From assembly GCA_965223265.1 (NCBI GenBank), contig OZ244999.1, positions 1,600,001-1,664,000 of the forward strand: a stretch of DNA of 64,000 nt, written 5' to 3'. This document shows positions 49,178 through 59,664 of the stretch, piece by piece; the first letter of the stretch is position 1, and every line of letters begins with the position of its first letter. The stretch is from Planctomycetota bacterium (GTDB lineage: Bacteria > Planctomycetota > UBA8108 > SXIK01). The notes under the pieces are model-generated. The model saw nothing but the letters and a program-made list of their open reading frames with translations. It was not told the DNA's origin and ran no database searches. The position numbers and the translations under genes are program-made.

Positions 49178-50965
49178 CTACTTCTTCGTGACGTACGCGT
49201 AGTAGGCGCCGTACTGCGTGCCGTCGGCGGTAGTGAAGAGCGCTGTCATGCGCGTCTGACCTGAGGGGAGCTGCAGCGTGAACGTTACTTCCTTCGCTCC
49301 TGACGTGACGGCTATCTCTTGGTGTCGCTCGCCGATCGCGAGCGTCGCTTTGACCGGCTGGATCGACTTGCCGGGTGTCGTGCGGAATGCCTTCGCACCG
49401 GGGACCGCTGCTCCCGGGGCGAGGGCAGCGTCGATCGCGAGGCCCGTCTCTTCTGGCCAGCGCCGCAAACGCACTTCGTATTCGCCTTCTGCGACGACGT
49501 TGACGTGCCAAAAACCTGTGTTTTCGGCGCCGGTCGTAGCGCGACGGATGTGGGACTGGTTCCACGGCGTCGAACCCGTCGTGATCCAGTCATGCGAAGT
49601 CAGGCGCGCGGGGTTCTCGCGTGGGTGGCCCAGAAAGATCGCGGTGTCACTCGCGAACGTGGGCAGCAGCTCGTCCCACCAAGCATCGTAGAACTCTGTG
49701 AGTCGGCGGACGACCTCCGGGTGAGATGCTGCGACGTCACTCTCTTGTCCGGGATCGTCCTTCATGTCATAGAGTTCTTGACCGTTCACCAGGCGCCAGC
49801 GCGACGTCATGACGGCGCTCTTACGCCACTTGATCGGGTCTTTGACGCGCTGCGAATCAGTTACCAAGATGCGATCCGGCCATGCCTTTCCCTTGCCAGC
49901 GAGGAGCGAGGCGATGCTTCTGCCATCGAACGCCACGCCGGCTGGCGGCGCGATCGTGCACAACTCGATGAGCGTCGGCAGCACATCGACGTGTGCCGTG
50001 ATGGGCGTCACATCGCGCCCTCCGATCAGCCCACCTCGCAGCCAGTGAACGAAGAACGGCACTCGGTGGCCACCGTCGTACTCACTCCCCTTGCTGCCGC
50101 GCATTCCTGCATTGAACGTTTTCGCTCCGGCGGCGGTTCCGTTGTCCGTTGTGAAAATGAAGATTGTGTTCTCTGCCAGCCCTTCGTTCTCAAGGAACCG
50201 GCGTAGCGCGCCGACGTTCGAGTCGATGTTGGCGATCATGCCGTAGAAGTTCGCCAGATGAGTGTCACCAGCACTGGCGTAGGGCTGACTGTATTCCTTC
50301 GGCGCATGCATTGGCCCGTGCGGCGCATTGGTTGCGATGTAGGAGAGGAATGGCTTGCCCGATTTCTTTTGCGCCGAGATGAAACGTTTGGCGTAGTCGA
50401 AGAAGACGTCGGTGCAAAATCCCTTCACGGCTTCTGGCGTACCGTTGTGCCAGTACATGCCGTCGAAGTACGCGTTGTCCCAGTAGTCCGGGGTCTGTCC
50501 GACTCCGCCGCCGCCATGGCGGAGGACTTCGTCGTAGCCGCGGTCCTCTGGTCGATAGGGGTAGTTGTCGCCGAGATGCCACTTGCCGAACATGCCGGTC
50601 GCGTAACCAGCCGCCTTGAACACTTCCCCCATAGTGATTTCATTCGCGCGCAGCATGGACCGCCCCATGATCGTGTGCCAAACACCGGTTCGATTGGTCC
50701 AGCGGCCCGTGAGGAGCGCTGCCCTTGTCGGTGAGCAAGTCGGTGCGACGTGGTAGTCAGCCAAACGCACCGACTCGGCATACAACCGGTCGAGATGCGG
50801 CGTTTTGAGCACCGGGTTACCGTGGCATGCAAGGTCGCCATAGCCTTGATCGTCGGTGATCACGATGACGACGTTCGGCTTGTCTACGGCGAGCGACGAG
50901 GCGGCCGACAGGCACGCGCACACGCAGGAGACAAGTACGAATACCGCTCGGGTCGCAGGATTCAC
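49178..50965 (-). CDS. Arylsulfatase
   Basis: PNVVIVITDDQGYGD, CSPTR, GKWHLG; GTG overlaps the Rpn stop. Confidence 0.93.
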   Translation of the reverse strand: MNPATRAVFVLVSCVCACLSAASSLAVDKPNVVIVITDDQGYGDLACHGNPVLKTPHLDRLYAESVRLADYHVAPTCSPTRAALLTGRWTNRTGVWHTIMGRSMLRANEITMGEVFKAAGYATGMFGKWHLGDNYPYRPEDRGYDEVLRHGGGGVGQTPDYWDNAYFDGMYWHNGTPEAVKGFCTDVFFDYAKRFISAQKKSGKPFLSYIATNAPHGPMHAPKEYSQPYASAGDTHLANFYGMIANIDSNVGALRRFLENEGLAENTIFIFTTDNGTAAGAKTFNAGMRGSKGSEYDGGHRVPFFVHWLRGGLIGGRDVTPITAHVDVLPTLIELCTIAPPAGVAFDGRSIASLLAGKGKAWPDRILVTDSQRVKDPIKWRKSAVMTSRWRLVNGQELYDMKDDPGQESDVAASHPEVVRRLTEFYDAWWDELLPTFASDTAIFLGHPRENPARLTSHDWITTGSTPWNQSHIRRATTGAENTGFWHVNVVAEGEYEVRLRRWPEETGLAIDAALAPGAAVPGAKAFRTTPGKSIQPVKATLAIGERHQEIAVTSGAKEVTFTLQLPSGQTRMTALFTTADGTQYGAYYAYVTKK

Positions 50966-52110
50966 TCTTCCGCGCCTTCGGTGCTGCTGATGCCGATGTC
51001 GTCGAGACGATCCGCCGTCACCGCGCGGTCGAACCACTGTTCGATCTGCTCTCGCGCCGTCGTGGCTTCAACGCTTTGGCGGAGTGCGGTGGGCAGCGCT
51101 CCGAAACGCTGCGTCAGAAGGCGGAGAAGCACGTTCTGCAGCGCGGTCACCGTGCCTTCTTCCCGTCCCTCTTCCCGTCCTTCCTCCCGTCCTTCCCTTC
51201 GTCCGCGTTCGTAGCCTCGTTCCATCATCGCCTCTGCTGCCGTCTTCCCCATCGTCAAGATTTCCTTTCGCTCATCAGCGCTGCGAGTAGCTCGCGTGAT
51301 CGAGTCCTGAAGCGGAATGAATTCATGCTCCTCTCTGTAATGATAGATCATGGCATGGACGTACGAAAGAAGCTCGAGCCACCGTTGGTGCTCTGATCTG
51401 GGTAGCGCCCCCAGCTCTTCGAGGACTTGGTCGAGAAGTCGGGAGAACGGTTTAGGTTGTGAGCGGCGCGCCTTGAGGAGTCTGAGGACGGCACCGAAAC
51501 AGCCGCCACGCCTCGTGAGCTCCGTGCTCGGCGTGCGGGCGAGGTGCACGAAGAACGGCTCGAATCGTGGTGTGCACTTCTCGAAGAGCTCCCCCATGTG
51601 CAACAGATCGATCAAAGTTCCTGGTGTCTCCCAGCGTTGTGTGCCGGTGTAGAAGACTAGCGGCAGAACTGGATGGAGTCGCGGCTCTCCCGAAACACCG
51701 ACTTTGCGAGCAGCCTCACGTCGCTGGCGTTTGTAGATCCGTAGCATGTACTCAAGAAGCCTGAGAGGCATGTCTCGGTCCGGCTCGGATTGGTGTTCTA
51801 TGAGGATATAGATCAAGACCGTACTCTGCGTCGCCCGATTGGTGGCGCGACGCAACGGGGCGGTGAGGACGACGTCCGACTCGCGATGGCGGTAGTCTGG
51901 GCCGACGAAGCTTCCCTTCACGGCTCTCAAACCGTCGAAATCGATTCTGTCGACGACATTGACCTCTGCGATTCGTAGTAGATCGCCGACATTGGCAGGG
52001 TTCTCGAGCAGTCGTTTGATACTGTTCTCTGGGAACTGCCGGACGATGTCGCGCGCCCTACTTGCCAGATCCTTTTCGTTCACAACCGCGCCCCGCTGGT
52101 CAAATGCCAT
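50962..52110 (-). CDS. Rpn/YhgA-like PD-(D/E)XK nuclease (recombination-promoting nuclease family)
   Basis: ESDVVL...IYILIEHQS, PVLPLVFYTG, C-terminal (GREE)n repeats and RLLTQRFG. Confidence 0.88.
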   Translation of the reverse strand: MAFDQRGAVVNEKDLASRARDIVRQFPENSIKRLLENPANVGDLLRIAEVNVVDRIDFDGLRAVKGSFVGPDYRHRESDVVLTAPLRRATNRATQSTVLIYILIEHQSEPDRDMPLRLLEYMLRIYKRQRREAARKVGVSGEPRLHPVLPLVFYTGTQRWETPGTLIDLLHMGELFEKCTPRFEPFFVHLARTPSTELTRRGGCFGAVLRLLKARRSQPKPFSRLLDQVLEELGALPRSEHQRWLELLSYVHAMIYHYREEHEFIPLQDSITRATRSADERKEILTMGKTAAEAMMERGYERGRREGREEGREEGREEGTVTALQNVLLRLLTQRFGALPTALRQSVEATTAREQIEQWFDRAVTADRLDDIGISSTEGAEE

Positions 52111-52322
52111 CGTGCTGAGCCAAACACCCTGTGTGCTGCTCCCGTCACTGCAGCAAATGGAAGCAAACGGATTGCCACGGCAGTCGAATTCGCTCAACTG
52201 GCGCACCCACACGCGGTTCTGTCCGCCACCTTCGACACTTCGGTGAGCCACCTTGTCGAAGTGTCCGTTCCGATCCGCGACAGTCTCGCGAAAACGAGAC
52301 AATGCCCGCGCGCCAAGCGAAT

Positions 52323-54254
52323 TCAGCGGGCGCGAGGACTCTCGAGAATGTGTCGAAGCATGCGGCTGACGTAGCCGTTGGCACGACCTGGCGTGTTTTT
52401 CGCCTTGTGCGGAAGCGATCGGATCTCTTCTTTGACGTGCCCTGGGAGCTCGGGGAGATGGTCGAGAGCATTGAGTGCGGCAACAGCGTGATAGGCTTCT
52501 ACCGCTTCAGGGTTTGCGTTCGCCATCAGGGTGCGGATGGCCCGCTGGCGCGTCGCTGCGTCCTGAGAGTGAATCCCCAAGGCTTCAGCAGCTGCTACTT
52601 GAACGCTGCGGCTGGGGTCGCCGAGAAGCCCAACGAGTTCCGTTTCCAGCTTGCGCACAAGCCCTCGGCCGCGATCGAGGCAGTAGAGTGCCGTCCAGTA
52701 GCGAATGGAGGCGTCGCGCCGGGATGTCAAATAGTTGCGGACCGTCTCGACACTCGCTTCCGGATCCAGGGCCAAGTTGCGTGCTTCACGCAGCTCGGCG
52801 AAGGGGAACTCCTTGAGCGTCCCGATGAGCTCGGCCGGCAGCACGCCCAGTTCGCTGGCCCTGTCGTGCATCATGCCTTCAGGGAAGATGCCAGTGTCGC
52901 GCGTCGCCGCCATGTGTTCGGCGAGGGCGCTTCGGAATCGCTCGAGCGCTGGGCGATGCTTTGGATCGTGGGCGAGGTTCTTCGTCTCGTGTGGATCAGC
53001 GGTGAGATCGTACAGCTCCTCCGGTGCCTTGGGTCGCCAGAAATGCGACTGCACTTCGTTCAATTTGCCGCGACGAAAGAGATCGCGCCACACGCGCGTC
53101 GTCGGCGTCTCGAGCTGATAGTGGAGATCCTGGCAATGCGGCAGGTGCGGCATGAAATGGCGGATGTACGCGAATCGACCGTCGTAGACAGAACGTGACG
53201 AATCCGGGCGCTCGTCCATACGCCCACGGAAGCCGAACGAAAACTCGGGCGCCGGTGCGATGTAGCTGCCGAGAAAAGCATGGCCTTGATGAAACTCGCG
53301 TGGCTTGATCCCAGCGAGTGACAGCACGGTCGGCGCGAAGTCGACGAACCCGACGAGGCGTGTCGTTGATCCACCGTCATGGTAGTCTCGAGGGCGGAGG
53401 TGCTTGAACTGCTCAGGGATGTGAACGATGAGTGGCACGTGGATTCCGGACCAACCAGCGTAGCGCTTGCCGCGCGGCATGCCCGATCCATGGTCCGCCC
53501 AAAAAAAGACGATCGTGCTGTCGGCAACACTCGCCGCCTCGAGGGCCTCGAGTTGTTCGCCGAACCACGTATCCATCTGCGTCAGGCGATCGTAGTACTG
53601 CGCCCAGTCCTTCCTTACCTCTGGCGTGTCCGGATGGTAGGGGGGCAGCGTCACACTGGCTGGATCGTGCTGCGGGCGCGGATTTTCGTCGCGGATTCTG
53701 CTTTCGTGCGTGATTCCCTGATTGAAGACGGCGAAAAAAGGTTGGCCGATGCGGCGGTTCTTGTAGTGGGCTTCCGCCGAGGACTCGTCCCATACCTGCT
53801 CGATCTTCCATTCGAGGTTGTAGTCAGTCTTTCGGTTGTTCGTGCAGTAGTACCCGGCATCGCGCAGATACTCGGTGAAGAGACGGTGCCAACTCGGGCG
53901 CCGCACCTGCGAGCGCATGTGATGGGCACCAAGGGACGTGGCATACATGCCACTGATGATCGTTGTACGTGCTGGTGCGCAGACCGGCGCGGTCGAAACA
54001 GCGTTTTTGTACCGCAGCGAGCGCCGCGCGAATGCATCGACGTTCGGCGTGACGGCGTAGGCGTCACCGTAGCAGCCGAGGTGAGGCCCGTGGTCTTCCG
54101 CGGAAAGCCAGAGGATGTTTGGTTTTGGTGACGAGGCGTGGAGGCTCTCGGACGGCGCTAACGCGACGCTGAGAAGCACCATCGCGACCCATGAGGTCAA
54201 GTCGGTTCGTTCCATGAGTTTCTCGAAAGCAGGGAAAGACCGTGAACGAATCAT
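52323..54254 (-). CDS. Sulfatase with C-terminal HEAT-like repeats
   Basis: PNILWLSAED, CAPAR, WADHG, EELYDL. Confidence 0.92.
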   Translation of the reverse strand: MIRSRSFPAFEKLMERTDLTSWVAMVLLSVALAPSESLHASSPKPNILWLSAEDHGPHLGCYGDAYAVTPNVDAFARRSLRYKNAVSTAPVCAPARTTIISGMYATSLGAHHMRSQVRRPSWHRLFTEYLRDAGYYCTNNRKTDYNLEWKIEQVWDESSAEAHYKNRRIGQPFFAVFNQGITHESRIRDENPRPQHDPASVTLPPYHPDTPEVRKDWAQYYDRLTQMDTWFGEQLEALEAASVADSTIVFFWADHGSGMPRGKRYAGWSGIHVPLIVHIPEQFKHLRPRDYHDGGSTTRLVGFVDFAPTVLSLAGIKPREFHQGHAFLGSYIAPAPEFSFGFRGRMDERPDSSRSVYDGRFAYIRHFMPHLPHCQDLHYQLETPTTRVWRDLFRRGKLNEVQSHFWRPKAPEELYDLTADPHETKNLAHDPKHRPALERFRSALAEHMAATRDTGIFPEGMMHDRASELGVLPAELIGTLKEFPFAELREARNLALDPEASVETVRNYLTSRRDASIRYWTALYCLDRGRGLVRKLETELVGLLGDPSRSVQVAAAEALGIHSQDAATRQRAIRTLMANANPEAVEAYHAVAALNALDHLPELPGHVKEEIRSLPHKAKNTPGRANGYVSRMLRHILESPRAR

Positions 54255-54360
54255 CGCTTTCGCTCATGATAGCAAACATTGGCACGCAGAGGGCCTTTCG
54301 GACTCGACGCCTGTGTGGAAGGGGCGTCGGACAGTGACTGGAATTCAGGAGTCGGTGAGC

Positions 54361-55053
54361 ATGACTGTGGAAATCCTCCATCGAGACGACCTGCAGCGCC
54401 GCGGCTTTGCGGGTCTTCGCGAGCATCGATTGGTGATGGACTCGCGCGTCTTCGGCGCTCGGACGAACCCCGGTACATGGGGTGGAATTGGTAGTCTCGT
54501 CTACCTGGCGGATGCGACTTTTTTGCCCAAAGGTGAAACGGGACTCCACCCGCATCGGCAGATCGATGTGATGTCCCTGATGGTTGACGGCAGAATTCTT
54601 CATCACGGCTCCCTCGAAGATGGTGGCGAGCTACGAGCCGGCGATGTTCAGGTCCAGAGCGCCGGCGCCGAGGGGTTCGAGCACAATGAGGTCAATCCAG
54701 ACGACGACGAGAACCGCATGCTGCAGCTCTGGCTCCTGCCGGAAACGAGCGGATCAGGGGCGGACTACGAAGTTTCTCACCTGGCTCCTGATTCAGGTAT
54801 GACCCGTGTTTACGGTGGCCGGCCGGGCGACGCGAAGACGAGGTTCGAAAGTGGCACTCTCATCGAAGTGGGCAGGCTAGCGGCCGGTGGCGCGGTGACT
54901 CTTCAGCAACCGTTTCTGGCATACGTGTATCAAGGCTGTGGAACGGCGAACGGTGCGAGCGTCGCTGACGGCGATCTCTTTCGTGGCGACGCACTGGACT
55001 TCACGGCGCAATCGGATGCGCAGCTTTTCGTTGCTCGCACAATTGAAGGTTAA
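54361..55053 (+). CDS. Pirin-family protein
   Basis: HPH, VQSAGAEGFEHNE, MLQLW; RBS AGGAG. Confidence 0.88.
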   Translation: MTVEILHRDDLQRRGFAGLREHRLVMDSRVFGARTNPGTWGGIGSLVYLADATFLPKGETGLHPHRQIDVMSLMVDGRILHHGSLEDGGELRAGDVQVQSAGAEGFEHNEVNPDDDENRMLQLWLLPETSGSGADYEVSHLAPDSGMTRVYGGRPGDAKTRFESGTLIEVGRLAAGGAVTLQQPFLAYVYQGCGTANGASVADGDLFRGDALDFTAQSDAQLFVARTIEG

Positions 55054-55213
55054 CAGCCTGTTGAAAAAGTGCTTCGAGCCGAAAACTGGTCTCTTCGCGT
55101 CCAGATCGGCCGCGGCAAACGCAGGTAATCTCCGAGATTTTCGAGTATTGACGCGGTCGATCTGGGCGTGAAGAGGCCGGTTTCTCGGCCGAATGACTTT
55201 TTCAACGGGCTGT
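55053..55213 (+). mobile_element. MITE copy 3
   Basis: TTA-ACAGCCTGTTGAAAAA ... TTTTTCAACGGGCTGT-TAA, starting on the pirin TAA. Confidence 0.88.
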
Positions 55214-55230
55214 TAACTGTCACGGAGCGA

Positions 55231-56967
55231 TCAGGGGCCGAGCCGACGGAAGACGAGAAACGGGACCTCCTGCGGTCGGCCACGTGTCTCGGCGTTGAAC
55301 CAAGCTTGAACAAACGTCGGTCCCGCTTCGAGCGTCGTTTTGAGCGTGATCTGAGCGGTGCCTCCGGCGAACTTCTCTCTTAGGTGGAGATCACCGATTC
55401 TCAGCTCCGCCTCGGTCGCCGTCAGCGATTGACGGATTGCTGCCGGGTGCTGCTGCGACAGCGTCACCTCGTAGGAGCCGCCGCGGACGACTTCCACAGC
55501 GAGCTGCCGTGACTCCTCGAGTAGGTCATGCTTCGTGAGCATGGTCGGGTTCGCCTCCGGCGCGCCGATGACGAGGCGCGAGTGTTCGTCAAATCGTTTG
55601 GAGACATGGTTCCAGTGGCCGTCGTACCACTTCCGTAGATGCGCGACGATGTGCGGGTGCTTGGCTGCGACGTCGTGACGTTGCCCGAGGTCACTGGAAA
55701 CGTCGTAGAGCTTGTCGCCATTGACGAGTCGCCAGCGCTCGGTCAGCACTGCAACTCGGTACCACTTGGGTGGATCCTGGTCCCGATTGACGGCCACGAC
55801 CAAGTTGCGGTCCGGCCACTGTTTTTCGGATCCACCGCGCAGAAGTGGCGTCAACGACACACCGTCGAACGAAATCGTCTCTGTGCCTCGCAGTCCGCAG
55901 AGATCGACGAGCGTCGGCAGCAGGTCAAAGTGCGCCGTCAACCGATCCACGTCGTGCCCGGGAGCTCCACCGATGCCGCCGCCTGGCCAGCGGAGGAAGC
56001 AGGGGACGCGATGGCCACCGTCATACATCGATTGCTTAGCGCCTCTCATACCGGCATTGAACCCCGAGACGACAGCGCCATGATACTTCTCGGCAAGTTC
56101 CAACCCGCCCGTGCCACCGTTATCCGTCATGAAGATGAAGATCGTGTTCTCCTCGAGCTCGAGCTCGCGCAGTTGCTGGCGCAGTCGACCGACGTTCTCG
56201 TCGATATTTGCACACATGCCGTAGAAGGCCGCGCGCTGCTCGGGTATGCCCATCTCAATATAAGGCTTCGAGTACTTCTCTGGGACGCGATAGGGGCCGT
56301 GTGGTGTGTTCGGCGGCAAATAGAGAAAAAAGGGGCGATCACGATTTTCTTCGATGAAGCGGCGGCCTTCACGAAACCAAACGTCGGCGCAATAGCCTTT
56401 CACCTTTTCAGGTCGTCCGCTCCGATAGTACGTGTCGTCGAAGTAGTCGTTACCGGGAAAGTCGGGGAGTTGTCCGACGCCGCCGGAGTAGTGCACGAGC
56501 GACTCGTCGAAGCCGCGGTTCTCCGGCAAGTAGGGATAATTATGACCGAGATGCCATTTGCCGAAGATTGCTGTGCGATAGTCGTTCTTTCGGAAGACGT
56601 CGGCCATCGTCACCTCGTCACGCCGAAGGATTTGTCGGCCGCTCGAGGTATCCCAGACCCCGGCGCGCGCCGCGTACTTGCCGGTCAAGAGTGCAGCACG
56701 CGTCGGAGCGCAGCTTGGATCAACGTGAAAGTCGGTCAGCCGAACGCTTTCGGAGTGGAGCCGGTCGAGGTGCGGCGTCTTGAGGATCGGGTTGCCATGG
56801 CAGCTGAGGTCGCCGTAGCCTTGATCGTCCGTCATGACGAGGACGACGTTCGGTGGTCGAGCGACCGCATTGGAAAAGTGAACCACAGCCAACAGTGCGG
56901 CCAACGCGCCGGCGCGAACGTGCCAAGCCCGACTCGCTGAGAGTTTCGGATGGTGGCGGTTCATCAT
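55231..56967 (-). CDS. Arylsulfatase
   Basis: PNVVLVMTDDQGYGD, CAPTR, GKWHLG, FMTDNG. Confidence 0.93.
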   Translation of the reverse strand: MMNRHHPKLSASRAWHVRAGALAALLAVVHFSNAVARPPNVVLVMTDDQGYGDLSCHGNPILKTPHLDRLHSESVRLTDFHVDPSCAPTRAALLTGKYAARAGVWDTSSGRQILRRDEVTMADVFRKNDYRTAIFGKWHLGHNYPYLPENRGFDESLVHYSGGVGQLPDFPGNDYFDDTYYRSGRPEKVKGYCADVWFREGRRFIEENRDRPFFLYLPPNTPHGPYRVPEKYSKPYIEMGIPEQRAAFYGMCANIDENVGRLRQQLRELELEENTIFIFMTDNGGTGGLELAEKYHGAVVSGFNAGMRGAKQSMYDGGHRVPCFLRWPGGGIGGAPGHDVDRLTAHFDLLPTLVDLCGLRGTETISFDGVSLTPLLRGGSEKQWPDRNLVVAVNRDQDPPKWYRVAVLTERWRLVNGDKLYDVSSDLGQRHDVAAKHPHIVAHLRKWYDGHWNHVSKRFDEHSRLVIGAPEANPTMLTKHDLLEESRQLAVEVVRGGSYEVTLSQQHPAAIRQSLTATEAELRIGDLHLREKFAGGTAQITLKTTLEAGPTFVQAWFNAETRGRPQEVPFLVFRRLGP

Positions 56968-56999
56968 GACCTCAGGAAAGCACGCAGATCAGCTGTCGT

Positions 57000-57377
57000 T
57001 CAAGCCTTGTCGAACGCCATCTGTTTGACCTTCCGCCACGGGCCACGCGCCGCGCGCGTCGTGAGGCGAGTCCAGGCGCAGACGCGGGCAGTCAATGATC
57101 GCCTTCCAATTCTCTTGCGCGCTTCGATGCACACCCAATGGGGATCGAATCCGCTCCACACGCCCGCCACGACGAGATGGTTCGATCCGAGAAACGGAGC
57201 GAGCTCGAAGCGGAAGATGCGCTCGACCTCTTTTTCGGAGTATCCGGAATCTCTCACGATCGTAGCGATCTCTTCGAGTTCACCTTCATTGAGGTCAGAG
57301 TCACGCCACAAGTCCGACATCGCGACCCACACGGGTCGACGTCGCTCTAGCTCGCTGCGCGGTCGAGTGTCTCTCAT
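57000..57377 (-). CDS. Conserved hypothetical protein (DUF7079-like)
   Basis: RRPVWVAMSDLW...SGYS...ELAP....N...AGVWSGFD. Confidence 0.65.
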   Translation of the reverse strand: MRDTRPRSELERRRPVWVAMSDLWRDSDLNEGELEEIATIVRDSGYSEKEVERIFRFELAPFLGSNHLVVAGVWSGFDPHWVCIEARKRIGRRSLTARVCAWTRLTTRAARGPWRKVKQMAFDKA

Positions 57378-57513
57378 GAGATCCCGTTCTCCAAAGGGAG
57401 CTCGTCCGTAGGGGGGCGGCGCGCATCGGTGCGCGTTGAGCTCGGACGCTGGTCGTCGCTCCGACACTCGCCTCGCCTTTTATCGTACCCAATGTGGGGG
57501 GGACGATCGAGCC

Positions 57514-59103
57514 TCAAGAGGCTCCGTAGCCAAGGGCGCGCCCCGGTTGGCCCGCCTCACGGGCGCCCACAGGTTCGCGAGCGGCGAGGATGATGCGGCC
57601 GTTGACGATGACGGTGTCGATTCCCGAGGCCAGGTTGTGTGGATCGGAATAGGTGGCGTTGTCCTGAATCGTGTGAGCATCAAAGACGAAGAGATCGGCG
57701 AACGCTCCAGCGCGCACAACGCCACGGTCGACGAGTCCGAAGCGTTCCGCGGCATGGCCACTCGATTTCCGAACGGCTTCCTCAAGGGAGAAGAGCTTCC
57801 GGTCGCGCACCAGCGGACCGAGCAACCGCGGCACTGAGCCGTAGACTCGTGGATGGACAATGCCATCCGGGAAGTAAATACCGTCACTCCCAAGCATGAA
57901 CTTTTCGTGTTTGAGGAACGGCTCGACGAGAGAGTCCGCCTGCGCCTCATCGGCCGTGCGAAACACGGCGAGCGCAGCGAGGTTCTCGTCGATCAGTAGG
58001 TCGCAGATGGCCTCCGCGGGGCTGCGATCGACGGCACGGGCGTACTCGGCGATCGTGACGCCGTGGTATTGCGAGTTAGCCTTCGACGCCACCCAGGCCA
58101 GGTGAAGGTGATCGACATCCACCCGCATTTCGTCCAGTAGTACTGCGAAGCGTCGCCGCACGGCTGGATCGGCCAACTTTCGCACCACGCCGAGCGGGCC
58201 GTCTTCCCACACTTCGTAGGGCAGAAGAAAATGGAGCATGGTGCTGCCGGGAAAGTACGGGTAGACGTCGAACGAGAAATCGACTTCGTGGACGGCAACG
58301 CGGTCGACGTAGTCGAGCAGTTCTTCGCTTGCTGCGGCCGTCGATGCTTTGAGATGCGAGATGTGGACGGCGACACCGGCGCGCTGACCGATCTCGACGG
58401 CTTCTTTGACGCCGTCAAGGACGCCCTTCTTATAGCGAACGTGCGTGACGTAGAGCCCACGATACGGTGCCATCGCCTGGCACGCGCTGACGAGTTCTTC
58501 GGTCGTTGAGAAGGACTGCGCGACGTAGTCGAGACCTGTGGAGATGCCGACTGCACCGGCTTCCATCGCACGCTTAACTTCTGCTTGGATGATGCGCGTC
58601 TCGGAATCATCTGGCGGTGCGCGTCTCCAGCCGATGGCGAGCGCGCGCGCGTTGGCGTACGGCAGGTGGGCGATGACGTTTTGAGCGCTGTGGCCGTCGA
58701 TCAACCGCAAGTAGTCGGCGATGCTCTTCCAGCCGCGGTAGTCCGTCTGGGAGAGGCCATTGAGCGAACGCAGGTAAAACATCCACTCCGTCGCGGTTTC
58801 CGCTGCCAGAGGAGCATAGGAGATGCCGTCGGCCATGATCACTTCGGTCGTGATGCCTTGGCTCGTCTTCGGCAGGAAGTGTCGCTCCTTGACCAACCAA
58901 CCATCGGAGTGGTTGTGCACGTCGACGCAGCCGGGAGCGACGATGCGGCCCCGAGCATCGACAGTGGAAAGGGCGCGAGTGGGATCAAGTTGGCCGACCG
59001 CAGCGATCCGGTCACCCTGGATCCCGACATCGGCGCGCTGCCGCGGTGCACCCGTGCCGTCGATCACATCGCCGCCGTGGAGGATCAGATCGAATTCAGG
59101 CAT
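57514..59103 (-). CDS. N-acyl-D-amino-acid deacylase (D-aminoacylase family amidohydrolase)
   Basis: IDGTGAP, PGCVDVHNH, GISTGLDY, HISHLK, HPRVYG, GAFADL. Confidence 0.9.
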   Translation of the reverse strand: MPEFDLILHGGDVIDGTGAPRQRADVGIQGDRIAAVGQLDPTRALSTVDARGRIVAPGCVDVHNHSDGWLVKERHFLPKTSQGITTEVIMADGISYAPLAAETATEWMFYLRSLNGLSQTDYRGWKSIADYLRLIDGHSAQNVIAHLPYANARALAIGWRRAPPDDSETRIIQAEVKRAMEAGAVGISTGLDYVAQSFSTTEELVSACQAMAPYRGLYVTHVRYKKGVLDGVKEAVEIGQRAGVAVHISHLKASTAAASEELLDYVDRVAVHEVDFSFDVYPYFPGSTMLHFLLPYEVWEDGPLGVVRKLADPAVRRRFAVLLDEMRVDVDHLHLAWVASKANSQYHGVTIAEYARAVDRSPAEAICDLLIDENLAALAVFRTADEAQADSLVEPFLKHEKFMLGSDGIYFPDGIVHPRVYGSVPRLLGPLVRDRKLFSLEEAVRKSSGHAAERFGLVDRGVVRAGAFADLFVFDAHTIQDNATYSDPHNLASGIDTVIVNGRIILAAREPVGAREAGQPGRALGYGAS

Positions 59104-59203
59104 GTCTCGGTGTTGGTCTCGTGGTCATGGGGCTGCGGCCGCGACTCGGTCTCCGTCCGTCCGTATCCTCTCTTCGTGTGCGTGAGCGTGTGCATTTTTC
59201 AAA

Positions 59204-59410
59204 GTAGCAAGCACACTCCTGGGCTGTGAAGTTTTTAAAACTTGCCGTCGCAACTCACGGACGCCCGGAACGGCACACGGCGTGTGCCTGCTACTTTGAA
59301 GAGCGTGTTGGCGACTTCCTTATAGTAGCAGGCACACGCCGTGTGCCGTTCCGGAAGTTTCCCTGAGTTGCGACGGCAGTTAAAAAACTCACAGCCTCTC
59401 CGTGTGCCGT
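59204..59410. repeat. Nested REP/MITE: about 178-bp palindromic element carrying two inverted GTAG-type REPs, inserted in a third REP
   Basis: Inner REPs GTAGCAGGCACACGCCGTGTGCCGT at 59270-59294 (reverse) and 59325-59349; outer ends GGCTGTGA/TCACAGCC; CTCC at 59216 and 59398. Confidence 0.8.
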
Positions 59411-59664
59411 CCGGTCTCGTGAGCGTGATGCCGATTGTGTGTGCGCCTCGATCTCTGCGTCAAAATCCGTGTGCGGCCTCTGCTTCCGTTTCCATCTCTG
59501 TCTCTGTCCAGTCAGCGCTTCCGTGCGACAACTATCCTAACACCGGGGGTGTCTCAGTCTCACGCATTCGCAGTTTGACAGCAGCGCAGCTGGCCATTCT
59601 CATCGAATCTCTGTCGTTGGCCAGTACGTACTGTGTTGACTGTCATGGAATCGGAGGCGGCGGC

